From Eledone cirrhosa (taxonomy: Eukaryota): 64,000 nucleotides of DNA. Below the pieces are notes generated by a model that had not been told where the DNA came from, did not search any database, and saw nothing but the letters and a program-made list of their open reading frames with translations. A program made the translations under genes and the position numbers. The stretch covers positions 139,748,001 to 139,812,000 of the forward strand of contig OZ024740.1 in assembly GCA_964016885.1 (NCBI GenBank), in the 5' to 3' direction. The stretch's first letter is position 1. Each line of letters opens with the position of its first letter. Shown here piece by piece: positions 24,895 to 40,200 of the stretch.

Positions 24895-24961
<67 letters not shown>

Positions 24962-25589
24962 GGGGGGGGGCGCGCGCATGACTAATTATCACTACATCAT
25001 TAACACTAATATAAAAAATGTCATATACCAGGTGAAAGTCCAGCCCTGCAGAACTCTTTCAAATGAGAGGCATAATACAATAATAGATCACCTTTCCTTA
25101 TATAACCCTCCCCAGCAAGAAAATACAAGCTTAAACTAACTTTCAACATCTCACAGATTACAATTACCCAGTTAAATATAAAAACCATTCATACCAGAGA
25201 CCTTTCAACAGCGATCTTAACCCAGACAGTAACAGAGGCATGAAACAATTTTTTTTCCTGACAAAACTCTATGCACCTACTGAATACAACAAAGCTAAAT
25301 TAGCCAAAAGACACCACACAAAATACAATATACGCAATTACTGTTATTAAGAGGATGACCGTCATAAAACTGCAAGAGAGAGGGCGGGGTGAATAAGGAA
25401 GAATAGACGTCAGTGTTGGACTGGTACTTATCAAATCTGAAATGCAAATTCGATTTCAGTACAATATGAACTCAGAGCGTAGAGAGCTGTAACGAATTCT
25501 ACACGCCAATTCGACATCTTGGTGGACCTGACTACTAATGGTCCAGTATCCTTACAGATTCGAAAGAAGAACGATGTCAATTCAAGAGG

Positions 25590-25810
25590 GGTTCTTACTT
25601 AATTAAGGCACAAGGCCAACAATTTGGAGAGAAGAAGATGAATCAATTATACCGACCTCAATACTTGACTAGTACTCTATTTTATCGACCCCAGAAGGAC
25701 GAAAAACAAGGTTGACTTTCACAGGATTTGAACTCAAAACATAAATGGCCGTAACTAAATATCGCAAAACTGTTTATCCAAGGTTCATACGACGTACGAA
25801 TCTACTAATA
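25590..25810 (-). mobile_element. Older SINE copy
   Basis: ggcacaaggcc..tattttatcgaccccagaaggacgaaa..gatttgaactcaaaac. Confidence 0.7.
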
Positions 25811-25913
25811 CGACGTACGAATCTACTAATCCACCACTCTTTCTACCAGTCCGTCACATTTGTCAATAAAAGAATGATTTATTATAACATTACATTCACA
25901 AACCCATCCTATC

Positions 25914-25955
<42 letters not shown>

Positions 25956-26439
25956 TATTTATGCCTGTTTAGTTAAGTGGATACTCACATTCCACACACC
26001 TCATTAAGAGGCTGCATCAATAAATTACTATATTTGTTGTTTTGAATAGAGACAATTGTAATAAGATGGATGGCTGGTTGGAGGGTTGGAGGAGGAAAGT
26101 AAGAAAAGAGAAATAAAGAAATAAGAAAGAATAAGAATGATGAAAAGAAAGATAAAAGTGAATCAAGGGATAATGAAAGAGAAAAATAAAAATAAATGGC
26201 TAGATAGATAGATAGATAGAGAGAGAGATATATAGAGAGATAGAGAGAGATAGTTAGAGAGAGAGAGAGAGAGGGAGAGAGAGAGAGAGAAAAGGAAAGA
26301 ATGAAGGCAAGAAAGAATGTACGAATGGTGCAAAGAAGGGAGGTGTGAGGGAGGTCGCTTACAGAGTAAGAGTAATTATATGTATATATATATATATATA
26401 CAATCATAGTCAGAGAGAAGAGAGTAAAGATTGAAAAGA

Positions 26440-26547
<108 letters not shown>

Positions 26548-26760
26548 GTAGATGGGAATAGAGTGATGACAGAAACTGTGATTTAAGTAGGTTTATAGGC
26601 AATAAAAGTGAAGAGAGAATTGTAATAAAGCTTCATTAAGATACTCCACATAGACATGGAATTTCATCTATACCATGGTATTTTAGACTGGTCATACTGA
26701 ATATATTTCTCTTCCTCGCCTCTCTATCTCTCTCCGTCAACCACTGCTATATATATATAA

Positions 26761-27100
26761 GATAATTGTTTCTACATCTGGCACAAGGCCACCAATTATC
26801 ACAGTGTATTACTGGTACTTTATTTTATCGATCGCGTAAGGATGAAAGGCAAAGTTAACCTCGGCGGGATTAACTTTGCCTTTCATCCTTACGCGATCGA
26901 TAAAATGAAGTACCAATAATACACTAGGATAATTGCTAGCCTTGTATATATATATATAAGATAATTGTTTCTACTTTTGGCACAAGGCCAGCAATTACCC
27001 AGTGTATTACTGGTACTTTATTTTATCGACCCCGTAAGGATGAAAGGCAAAGTTAACCTTGGCGGGATTTGAACTCAGAATGGCAAGGCCCGTAACTCTA
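26761..27100 (-). mobile_element. Young SINE: fold-back copy (26761-26945) plus adjacent longer copy (26960-27100), each preceded by (TA)n-aag
   Basis: Arms 26783-26858 / 26870-26945. Both - strand copies begin tatatataagataattgtttctac. Confidence 0.88.
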
Positions 27101-27111
27101 TGCGTCAAAGC

Positions 27112-27488
27112 ATAATGGTTTCTAATTTTGGCAGGAGGCCAGTATTTTTTTGTAGAAGGAAATTCGATTATATCGATACCAGTACATGACTGTAACTTTA
27201 TTTTATCGACTTCGGAACTTTGAAGAACCAAGTGTTGACCTCGGTGGGATTTGAACTCAAAAAGTAAACAGCCTGAACAAATACTGCTAAACATTTGTCG
27301 ATATTCTAACAACTCTATGGATATTTCTGTAGTGGCGTGGCTTTCTGGATTTGACAAGCCTTTTACGTTCTGAGTTCAACTCCCGCCGAAGTTAACTTTG
27401 CTTTTCATCCTTACGGGGTCGATAAAATAAAGTACCAGTAATGCACTGGACTAATTGCTGGCCTTGTGCCAAAGGTAGAAACAATTAT
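27112..27488. mobile_element. Older SINE (-, ~27112-27320) and young SINE (+, 27364-27488)
   Basis: Matches to the SINE core in opposite orientations. Confidence 0.8.
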
Positions 27489-28235
27489 ATTAAAGTAAAG
27501 AAATCACAAAATGAAATATCTCGCTGCAAGTTCGTATCGTTCTCCCATCACGAAATGAATTTTGCCTTTAAATTATAAACAATTCCTACTCTGCGCCCCC
27601 TAGTAAAGATGCAATGGAGTATCCGAGAGTCTATGAGAAACAATGTTTTAGTTGAAAATCGATACGAATTTGAATCTCATCGAAGACGCGGTGCTGGGCC
27701 GTTTCAATCATATCTCTGCTTATCAATGGTTCATATCCTCTCTTTGCTTCATTATGTTGAGGTGTCACCATATTACAGAAAACAAGCGTTGTTGTAGTAA
27801 ATTAAATAAACCGCAAGTGTAAAGTCAGAAAGACGGCGGTTCGCTACAACCACCCACCCGTGGGGTGGGTGGTTGTAGCAGCGGATGTCTCTGACTATTC
27901 TGCGCGGGGCGTGGTTGAGGCACTGTTCAGACTGGGATGTAGTGAATATCCCCCCCCCCTCTCTCTCCATTCCTTTCGCCGCTTCATCCTTTTTTCTTTT
28001 CCCCCTTTTCATTTTCTTTTTTCTTCCTTTTCTTTTCACTTTAGTAGTGTGGTTTTTTTTATTGAAACTGTTCTTTATGTTGTTTTTCTGTTTAATAAAT
28101 AATACCTTCGAGCGGGGAAAAAATAAAAGTTCTTGCTTGTATTTAATATAAAAAAAATAATAAAACTACATGTCAGTGTGAAATCGTATCATGTGCATGC
28201 CAAACGCATAGTTTTCCTTTCTCATTCATTTGCAT

Positions 28236-31200
28236 ACATTGATAGATACATTAGTAAGTACTATACAGTGATAGATACATTAGTAAGTACTATACAGTGA
28301 TAGATGCATTAGTAAGTACTATACAGTGATAGATACATTAGTAAGTATTATACAGTGATAGATGCATTAGTAAGTACTATACATTGATATATGCATTAGT
28401 AAGTACTATACAGTGATAGATGCATTAGTAAGTACTATACAGTGATAGATGCATTAGTAAGTACTATACAGTGATAGATGCATTAGTAAGTACTATACAG
28501 TGATAGATGCATTAGTAAGTACTATACAGTAATAGATGCATTAGTAAGTACTATACATTGATATATGCATTAGTAAGTACTATACATTGATAGATACATT
28601 AGTAAGTACTATACAGTGATAGATGCATTAGTAAGTACTATACAGTGATAGATGCATTAGTAAGTACTATACAGTGATAGATGCATTAGTAAGTACTATA
28701 CAGTGATAGATGCATTAGTAAGTAGTATACATTGATATATGCATTAGTAAGTACTATACAGTGATAGATACATTAGTAAGTACTATACATTGATATATGC
28801 ATTAGTAAGTACTATACATTGATAGATGCATTAGTAAGTACTATACAGTGATAGATGCATTAGTAAGTACTATACAGTGATAGATGCATTAGTAAGTACT
28901 ATACATTGATAGATGCATTAGTAAGTACTATACAGTGATAGATGCATTAGTAAGTACTATACAGTGATAGATGCATTAGTAAGTACTATACAGTGATAGA
29001 TGCATTAGTAAGTACTATACAGTGATAGATACATTAATAAGTACTATACATTGATAGATACATTAGTAAGTACTATACAGTGATAGATGCATTAGTAAGT
29101 ACTATACATTGATATATGCATTAGTAAGTACTATACATTGATATATGCATTAGTAAGTACTATACAGTGATAGATACATTAGTAAGTACTATACAGTGAT
29201 ATATGCATTAGTAAGTACTATACAGTGATATATGCATTAGTAAGTACTATACAGTGATAGATACATTAGTAAGTACTATACATTGATAGATACATTAGTA
29301 AGTACTATACATTGATAGATACATTAGTAAGTACTATACATTGATAGATACATTAGTAAGTACTATACATTGATAGATACATTAGTAAGTACTATACAGT
29401 GATAGATGCATTAGTAAGTACTATACAGTGATAGATACATTAATAAGTACTATACATTGATAGATACATTAGTAAGTACTATACATTGATAGATACATTA
29501 GTAAGTACTATACATTGATAGATACATTAGTAAGTACTATACATTGATAGATACATTAGTAAGTACTATACATTGATAGATACATTAGTAAGTACTATTC
29601 AGTGATAGATACATTAGTAAGTACTATACATTGATAGATGCATTAGTAAGTACTATACAGTGATAGATGCATTAGTAAGTACTATACATTGATAGATACA
29701 TTAGTAAGTACTATACATTGATAGATACATTAGTAAGTACTATACAGTGATAGATGCATTAGTAAGTACTATACAGTGATAGATGCATTAGTAAGTACTA
29801 TACAGTGATAGATGCATTAGTAAGTACTATACGGTGATAGATGCATTAGTAAGTACTATACAGTGATAGACACATTAGTAAGTACTATACAGTGATAGAT
29901 GCATTAGTAAGTACTATACAGTGATAGATGCATTAGTAAGTACTATACATTGATATATGCATTAGTAAGTACTATACAGTGATAGATACATTAGTAAGTA
30001 CTATACATTGATAGATACATTAGTAAGTACTATACATTGATATATGCATTAGTAAGTACTATACAGTGATAGATACATTAGTAAGTACTATACAGTGATA
30101 GATGCATTAGTAAGTACTATACATTGATATATGCATTAGTAAGTACTATACATTGATATATGCATTAGTAAGTACTATACAGTGATAGATACATTAGTAA
30201 GTACTATACAGTGATATATGCATTAGTAAGTACTATACAGTGATATATGCATTAGTAAGTACTATACAGTGATAGATACATTAGTAAGTACTATACATTG
30301 ATATATGCATTAGTAAGTACTATACAGTGATAGATACATTAGTAAGTACTATACATTGATATATGCATTAGTAAGTACTATACATTGATAGATGCATTAG
30401 TAAGTACTATACAGTGATAGATGCATTAGTAAGTACTATACAGTGATAGATGCATTAGTAAGTACTATACATTGATAGATGCATTAGTAAGTACTATACA
30501 GTGATAGATGCATTAGTAAGTACTATACAGTGATAGATGCATTAGTAAGTACTATACAGTGATAGATGCATTAGTAAGTACTATACAGTGATAGATACAT
30601 TAATAAGTACTATACATTGATAGATACATTAGTAAGTACTATACAGTGATAGATGCATTAGTAAGTACTATACATTGATATATGCATTAGTAAGTACTAT
30701 ACATTGATATATGCAATAGTAAGTACTATACAGTGATAGATACATTAGTAAGTACTATACAGTGATATATGCATTAGTAAGTACTATACAGTGATATATG
30801 CATTAGTAAGTACTATACAGTGATAGATACATTAGTAAGTACTATACATTGATAGATACATTAGTAAGTACTATACATTGATAGATACATTAGTAAGTAC
30901 TATACATTGATAGATACATTAGTAAGTACTATACATTGATAGATACATTAGTAAGTACTATACAGTGATAGATGCATTAGTAAGTACTATACAGTGATAG
31001 ATACATTAATAAGTACTATACATTGATAGATACATTAGTAAGTACTATACAGTGATAGATGCATTAGTAAGTACTATACATTGATATATGCATTAGTAAG
31101 TACTATACATTGATATATGCATTAGTAAGTACTATACAGTGATAGATACATTAGTAAGTACTATACAGTGATATATGCATTAGTAAGTACTATACAGTGA

Positions 31201-34200
31201 TATATGCATTAGTAAGTACTATACAGTGATAGATACATTAGTAAGTACTATACATTGATAGATACATTAGTAAGTACTATACATTGATAGATACATTAGT
31301 AAGTACTATACATTGATAGATACATTAGTAAGTACTATACATTGATAGATACATTAGTAAGTACTATTCAGTGATAGATACATTAGTAAGTACTATACAT
31401 TGATAGATGCATTAGTAAGTACTATACAGTGATAGATGCATTAGTAAGTACTATACATTGATAGATACATTAGTAAGTACTATACATTGATAGATACATT
31501 AGTAAGTACTATACAGTGATAGATGCATTAGTAAGTACTATACAGTGATAGATGCATTAGTAAGTACTATACAGTGATAGATGCATTAGTAAGTACTATA
31601 CGGTGATAGATGCATTAGTAAGTACTATACAGTGATAGACACATTAGTAAGTACTATACAGTGATAGATGCATTAGTAAGTACTATACAGTGATAGATGC
31701 ATTAGTAAGTACTATACATTGATATATGCATTAGTAAGTACTATACAGTGATAGATACATTAGTAAGTACTATACATTGATAGATACATTAGTAAGTACT
31801 ATACAGTGATAGATACATTAGTAAGTACTATATATTGATATATGCATTAGTAAGTACTATACAGTGATAGATACATTAGTAAGTACTACACAGTGATAGA
31901 TACATTAGTAAGTACTATACAGTGATAGATGCATTAGTAATTACTATACAGTGATATATGCATTAGTAAGTACTATACAGTGATAGATACATTAGTAAGT
32001 ACTATACAATGATATATGCATTAGCAAGTACTATACAGTGATAGATACATTAGTAAGTACTATACATTGATAGATACATTAGTAAGTACTATACATTGAT
32101 AGATACATTAGTAAGTACTATACAGTGATAGATGCATTAGTAAGTACTATACAGTGATAGATGCATTAGTAAGTACTATTCAGTGATAGATACATTAGTA
32201 AGTACTATACAGTGATAGATGCATTAGTAAGTACTATACAGTGATAGATGCATTAGTAAGTACTATACAGTGATAGATGCATTAGTAAGTACTATACAGT
32301 GATAGATACATTAGTAAGTACTATACAGTGATAGATGCATTAGTAATTACTATACAGTAATAGATGCATTAGTAAGTACTACACAGTGATAGATACATTA
32401 GTAAGTACTATACAGTAATAGATACCTTAGTAAGTACTATACAGTGATAGATGCATTAGTAAGTACTATACAGTGATAGATGCATTAGTAAGTACTATAC
32501 AGTGATAGATGCATTAGTAAGTACTATACAGTGATAGATGCATTAGTAAGTACTATACAGTGATAGATGCATTAGTAAGTACTATACAGTGATAGATACA
32601 TTAGTAAGTACTATACAGTAATAGATGCATTAGTAAGTACTACACAGTGATAGATACATTAGTAAGTACTATACAGTAATAGATACATTAGTAAGTACTA
32701 TACAGTGATAGATGCATTAGTAAGTACTATACAGTGATAGATGCATTAGTAAGTACTATACAGTGATAGATACATTAGTAAGTACTATACATTGATAGAT
32801 ACATTAGTAAGTACTATACATTGATAGATACATTAGTAAGTACTATACATTGATAGATACATTAGTAAGTACTATACATTGATAGATACATTAGTAAGTA
32901 CTATACAGTGATAGATGCATTAGTAAGTACTATACAGTGATAGATACATTAATAAGTACTATACATTGATAGATACATTAGTAAGTACTATACAGTGATA
33001 GATGCATTAGTAAGTACTATACATTGATATATGCATTAGTAAGTACTATACATTGATATATGCATTAGTAAGTACTATACAGTGATAGATACATTAGTAA
33101 GTACTATACAGTGATATATGCATTAGTAAGTACTATACAGTGATATATGCATTAGTAAGTACTATACAGTGATAGATACATTAGTAAGTACTATACATTG
33201 ATAGATACATTAGTAAGTACTATACATTGATAGATACATTAGTAAGTACTATACATTGATAGATACATTAGTAAGTACTATACATTGATAGATACATTAG
33301 TAAGTACTATTCAGTGATAGATACATTAGTAAGTACTATACATTGATAGATGCATTAGTAAGTACTATACAGTGATAGATGCATTAGTAAGTACTATACA
33401 TTGATAGATACATTAGTAAGTACTATACATTGATAGATACATTAGTAAGTACTATACAGTGATAGATGCATTAGTAAGTACTATACAGTGATAGATGCAT
33501 TAGTAAGTACTATACAGTGATAGATGCATTAGTAAGTACTATACAGTGATAGATGCATTAGTAAGTACTATACATTGATAGATGCATTAGTAAGTACTAT
33601 ACAGTGATAGATGCATTAGTAAGTACTATACAGTGATAGATGCATTAGTAAGTACTATACAGTGATAGATGCATTAGTAAGTACTATACAGTGATAGATA
33701 CATTAATAAGTACTATACATTGATAGATACATTAGTAAGTACTATACAGTGATAGATGCATTAGTAAGTACTATACATTGATATATGCATTAGTAAGTAC
33801 TATACATTGATATATGCATTAGTAAGTACTATACAGTGATAGATACATTAGTAAGTACTATACAGTGATATATGCATTAGTAAGTACTATACAGTGATAT
33901 ATGCATTAGTAAGTACTATACAGTGATAGATACATTAGTAAGTACTATACATTGATAGATACATTAGTAAGTACTATACATTGATAGATACATTAGTAAG
34001 TACTATACATTGATAGATACATTAGTAAGTACTATACATTGATAGATACATTAGTAAGTACTATACAGTGATAGATGCATTAGTAAGTACTATACAGTGA
34101 TAGATACATTAATAAGTACTATACATTGATAGATACATTAGTAAGTACTATACATTGATAGATACATTAGTAAGTACTATACATTGATAGATACATTAGT

Positions 34201-37200
34201 AAGTACTATACATTGATAGATACATTAGTAAGTACTATACATTGATAGATACATTAGTAAGTACTATTCAGTGATAGATACATTAGTAAGTACTATACAT
34301 TGATAGATGCATTAGTAAGTACTATACAGTGATAGATGCATTAGTAAGTACTATACATTGATAGATACATTAGTAAGTACTATACATTGATAGATACATT
34401 AGTAAGTACTATACAGTGATAGATGCATTAGTAAGTACTATACAGTGATAGATGCATTAGTAAGTACTATACAGTGATAGATGCATTAGTAAGTACTATA
34501 CGGTGATAGATGCATTAGTAAGTACTATACAGTGATAGACACATTAGTAAGTACTATACAGTGATAGATGCATTAGTAAGTACTATACAGTGATAGATGC
34601 ATTAGTAAGTACTATACATTGATATATGCATTAGTAAGTACTATACAGTGATAGATACATTAGTAAGTACTATACATTGATAGATACATTAGTAAGTACT
34701 ATACATTGATATATGCATTAGTAAGTACTATACAGTGATAGATACATTAGTAAGTACTATACAGTGATAGATGCATTAGTAAGTACTATACATTGATATA
34801 TGCATTAGTAAGTACTATACATTGATATATGCATTAGTAAGTACTATACAGTGATAGATACATTAGTAAGTACTATACAGTGATATATGCATTAGTAAGT
34901 ACTATACAGTGATATATGCATTAGTAAGTACTATACAGTGATAGATACATTAGTAAGTACTATACATTGATATATGCATTAGTAAGTACTATACAGTGAT
35001 AGATACATTAGTAAGTACTATACATTGATATATGCATTAGTAAGTACTATACATTGATAGATGCATTAGTAAGTACTATACAGTGATAGATGCATTAGTA
35101 AGTACTATACAGTGATAGATGCATTAGTAAGTACTATACATTGATAGATGCATTAGTAAGTACTATACAGTGATAGATGCATTAGTAAGTACTATACAGT
35201 GATAGATGCATTAGTAAGTACTATACAGTGATAGATGCATTAGTAAGTACTATACAGTGATAGATACATTAATAAGTACTATACATTGATAGATACATTA
35301 GTAAGTACTATACAGTGATAGATGCATTAGTAAGTACTATACATTGATATATGCATTAGTAAGTACTATACATTGATATATGCATTAGTAAGTACTATAC
35401 AGTGATAGATACATTAGTAAGTACTATACAGTGATATATGCATTAGTAAGTACTATACAGTGATATATGCATTAGTAAGTACTATACAGTGATAGATACA
35501 TTAGTAAGTACTATACATTGATAGATACATTAGTAAGTACTATACATTGATAGATACATTAGTAAGTACTATACATTGATAGATACATTAGTAAGTACTA
35601 TACATTGATAGATACATTAGTAAGTACTATACAGTGATAGATGCATTAGTAAGTACTATACAGTGATAGATACATTAATAAGTACTATACATTGATAGAT
35701 ACATTAGTAAGTACTATACAGTGATAGATGCATTAGTAAGTACTATACATTGATATATGCATTAGTAAGTACTATACATTGATATATGCATTAGTAAGTA
35801 CTATACAGTGATAGATACATTAGTAAGTACTATACAGTGATATATGCATTAGTAAGTACTATACAGTGATATATGCATTAGTAAGTACTATACAGTGATA
35901 GATACATTAGTAAGTACTATACATTGATAGATACATTAGTAAGTACTATACATTGATAGATACATTAGTAAGTACTATACATTGATAGATACATTAGTAA
36001 GTACTATACATTGATAGATACATTAGTAAGTACTATTCAGTGATAGATACATTAGTAAGTACTATACATTGATAGATGCATTAGTAAGTACTATACAGTG
36101 ATAGATGCATTAGTAAGTACTATACATTGATAGATACATTAGTAAGTACTATACATTGATAGATACATTAGTAAGTACTATACAGTGATAGATGCATTAG
36201 TAAGTACTATACAGTGATAGATGCATTAGTAAGTACTATACAGTGATAGATGCATTAGTAAGTACTATACGGTGATAGATGCATTAGTAAGTACTATACA
36301 GTGATAGACACATTAGTAAGTACTATACAGTGATAGATGCATTAGTAAGTACTATACAGTGATAGATGCATTAGTAAGTACTATACATTGATATATGCAT
36401 TAGTAAGTACTATACAGTGATAGATACATTAGTAAGTACTATACATTGATAGATACATTAGTAAGTACTATACAGTGATAGATACATTAGTAAGTACTAT
36501 ATATTGATATATGCATTAGTAAGTACTATACAGTGATAGATACATTAGTAAGTACTACACAGTGATAGATACATTAGTAAGTACTATACAGTGATAGATG
36601 CATTAGTAATTACTATACAGTGATATATGCATTAGTAAGTACTATACAGTGATAGATACATTAGTAAGTACTATACAATGATATATGCATTAGCAAGTAC
36701 TATACAGTGATAGATACATTAGTAAGTACTATACATTGATAGATACATTAGTAAGTACTATACATTGATAGATACATTAGTAAGTACTATACAGTGATAG
36801 ATGCATTAGTAAGTACTATACAGTGATAGATGCATTAGTAAGTACTATTCAGTGATAGATACATTAGTAAGTACTATACAGTGATAGATGCATTAGTAAG
36901 TACTATACAGTGATAGATGCATTAGTAAGTACTATACAGTGATAGATGCATTAGTAAGTACTATACAGTGATAGATACATTAGTAAGTACTATACAGTGA
37001 TAGATGCATTAGTAATTACTATACAGTAATAGATGCATTAGTAAGTACTACACAGTGATAGATACATTAGTAAGTACTATACAGTAATAGATACCTTAGT
37101 AAGTACTATACAGTGATAGATGCATTAGTAAGTACTATACAGTGATAGATGCATTAGTAAGTACTATACAGTGATAGATGCATTAGTAAGTACTATACAG

Positions 37201-40200
37201 TGATAGATGCATTAGTAAGTACTATACAGTGATAGATGCATTAGTAAGTACTATACAGTGATAGATACATTAGTAAGTACTATACAGTAATAGATGCATT
37301 AGTAAGTACTACACAGTGATAGATACATTAGTAAGTACTATACAGTAATAGATACATTAGTAAGTACTATACAGTGATAGATGCATTAGTAAGTACTATA
37401 CAGTGATAGATGCATTAGTAAGTACTATACAGTGATAGATACATTAGTAAGTACTATACATTGATAGATACATTAGTAAGTACTATACATTGATAGATAC
37501 ATTAGTAAGTACTATACATTGATAGATACATTAGTAAGTACTATACATTGATAGATACATTAGTAAGTACTATACAGTGATAGATGCATTAGTAAGTACT
37601 ATACAGTGATAGATACATTAATAAGTACTATACATTGATAGATACATTAGTAAGTACTATACAGTGATAGATGCATTAGTAAGTACTATACATTGATATA
37701 TGCATTAGTAAGTACTATACATTGATATATGCATTAGTAAGTACTATACAGTGATAGATACATTAGTAAGTACTATACAGTGATATATGCATTAGTAAGT
37801 ACTATACAGTGATATATGCATTAGTAAGTACTATACAGTGATAGATACATTAGTAAGTACTATACATTGATAGATACATTAGTAAGTACTATACATTGAT
37901 AGATACATTAGTAAGTACTATACATTGATAGATACATTAGTAAGTACTATACATTGATAGATACATTAGTAAGTACTATTCAGTGATAGATACATTAGTA
38001 AGTACTATACATTGATAGATGCATTAGTAAGTACTATACAGTGATAGATGCATTAGTAAGTACTATACATTGATAGATACATTAGTAAGTACTATACATT
38101 GATAGATACATTAGTAAGTACTATACAGTGATAGATGCATTAGTAAGTACTATACAGTGATAGATGCATTAGTAAGTACTATACAGTGATAGATGCATTA
38201 GTAAGTACTATACGGTGATAGATGCATTAGTAAGTACTATACAGTGATAGACACATTAGTAAGTACTATACAGTGATAGATGCATTAGTAAGTACTATAC
38301 AGTGATAGATGCATTAGTAAGTACTATACATTGATATATGCATTAGTAAGTACTATACAGTGATAGATACATTAGTAAGTACTATACATTGATAGATACA
38401 TTAGTAAGTACTATACAGTGATAGATACATTAGTAAGTACTATATATTGATATATGCATTAGTAAGTACTATACAGTGATAGATACATTAGTAAGTACTA
38501 CACAGTGATAGATACATTAGTAAGTACTATACAGTGATAGATGCATTAGTAATTACTATACAGTGATATATGCATTAGTAAGTACTATACAGTGATAGAT
38601 ACATTAGTAAGTACTATACAATGATATATGCATTAGCAAGTACTATACAGTGATAGATACATTAGTAAGTACTATACATTGATAGATACATTAGTAAGTA
38701 CTATACATTGATAGATACATTAGTAAGTACTATACAGTGATAGATGCATTAGTAAGTACTATACAGTGATAGATGCATTAGTAAGTACTATTCAGTGATA
38801 GATACATTAGTAAGTACTATACAGTGATAGATGCATTAGTAAGTACTATACAGTGATAGATGCATTAGTAAGTACTATACAGTGATAGATGCATTAGTAA
38901 GTACTATACAGTGATAGATACATTAGTAAGTACTATACAGTGATAGATGCATTAGTAATTACTATACAGTAATAGATGCATTAGTAAGTACTACACAGTG
39001 ATAGATACATTAGTAAGTACTATACAGTAATAGATACATTAGTAAGTACTATACAGTGATAGATCCATTAGTAAGTACTATACAGTGATAGATGCATTAG
39101 TAATTACTATACAGTAATAGATGCATTAGTAAGTACTACACAGTGATAGATACATTAGTAAGTACTATACAGTGATAGATGCATTAGTAAGTACTATACA
39201 GTGGTAGATACATTAGTAAGTACTATACAGTGATAGATGCATTAGTAAGTACTATACAGTGATAGATACATTAGTAAGTACTATACAGTGATAGATGCAT
39301 TAGTAATTACTATACAGTAATAGATGCATTAGTAAGTACTATACAGTGATAGATGCATTAGTAAGTACTATACAGTGATAGATGCATTAGTAAGTACTAT
39401 ACATTGATAGATGCATTAGTAAGTACTATACAGTGATAGATGCATTAGTAAGTACTATACAGTGATAGATGCATTAGTAAGTACTATACAGTGATAGATG
39501 CATTAGTAAGTACTATACAGTGATAGATACATTAATAAGTACTATACATTGATAGATACATTAGTAAGTACTATACAGTGATAGATGCATTAGTAAGTAC
39601 TATACATTGATATATGCATTAGTAAGTACTATACAGTGATATATGCATTAGTAAGTACTATACAGTGATAGATACATTAGTAAGTACTATACAGTGATAT
39701 ATGCATTAGTAAGTACTATACAGTGATATATGCATTAGTAAGTACTATACAGTGATAGATACATTAGTAAGTACTATACATTGATAGATACATTAGTAAG
39801 TACTATACATTGATAGATACATTAGTAAGTACTATACATTGATAGATACATTAGTAAGTACTATACATTGATAGATACATTAGTAAGTACTATACAGTGA
39901 TAGATGCATTAGTAAGTACTATACAGTGATAGATACATTAATAAGTACTATACATTGATAGATACATTAGTAAGTACTATACAGTGATAGATGCATTAGT
40001 AAGTACTATACATTGATATATGCATTAGTAAGTACTATACATTGATATATGCATTAGTAAGTACTATACAGTGATAGATACATTAGTAAGTACTATACAG
40101 TGATATATGCATTAGTAAGTACTATACAGTGATATATGCATTAGTAAGTACTATACAGTGATAGATACATTAGTAAGTACTATACATTGATAGATACATT

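Larger units (their letters stand above)
23330..24897 (+). repeat. SINE-derived tandem array (~115-bp unit, ~7 copies) with nested insertions
   Basis: The unit cctgtaattcaaaggg..tgtcacac.gtgtcatgctgaatctccctgagaac.acgttaag.gtacac.tgtctgtggaatgctcagcc..ttacact.taatacaa recurs, with gaatctccctg-like motifs near 23517, 23804, 24333, 24456, 24583, 24731 and 24843. Confidence 0.85.
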
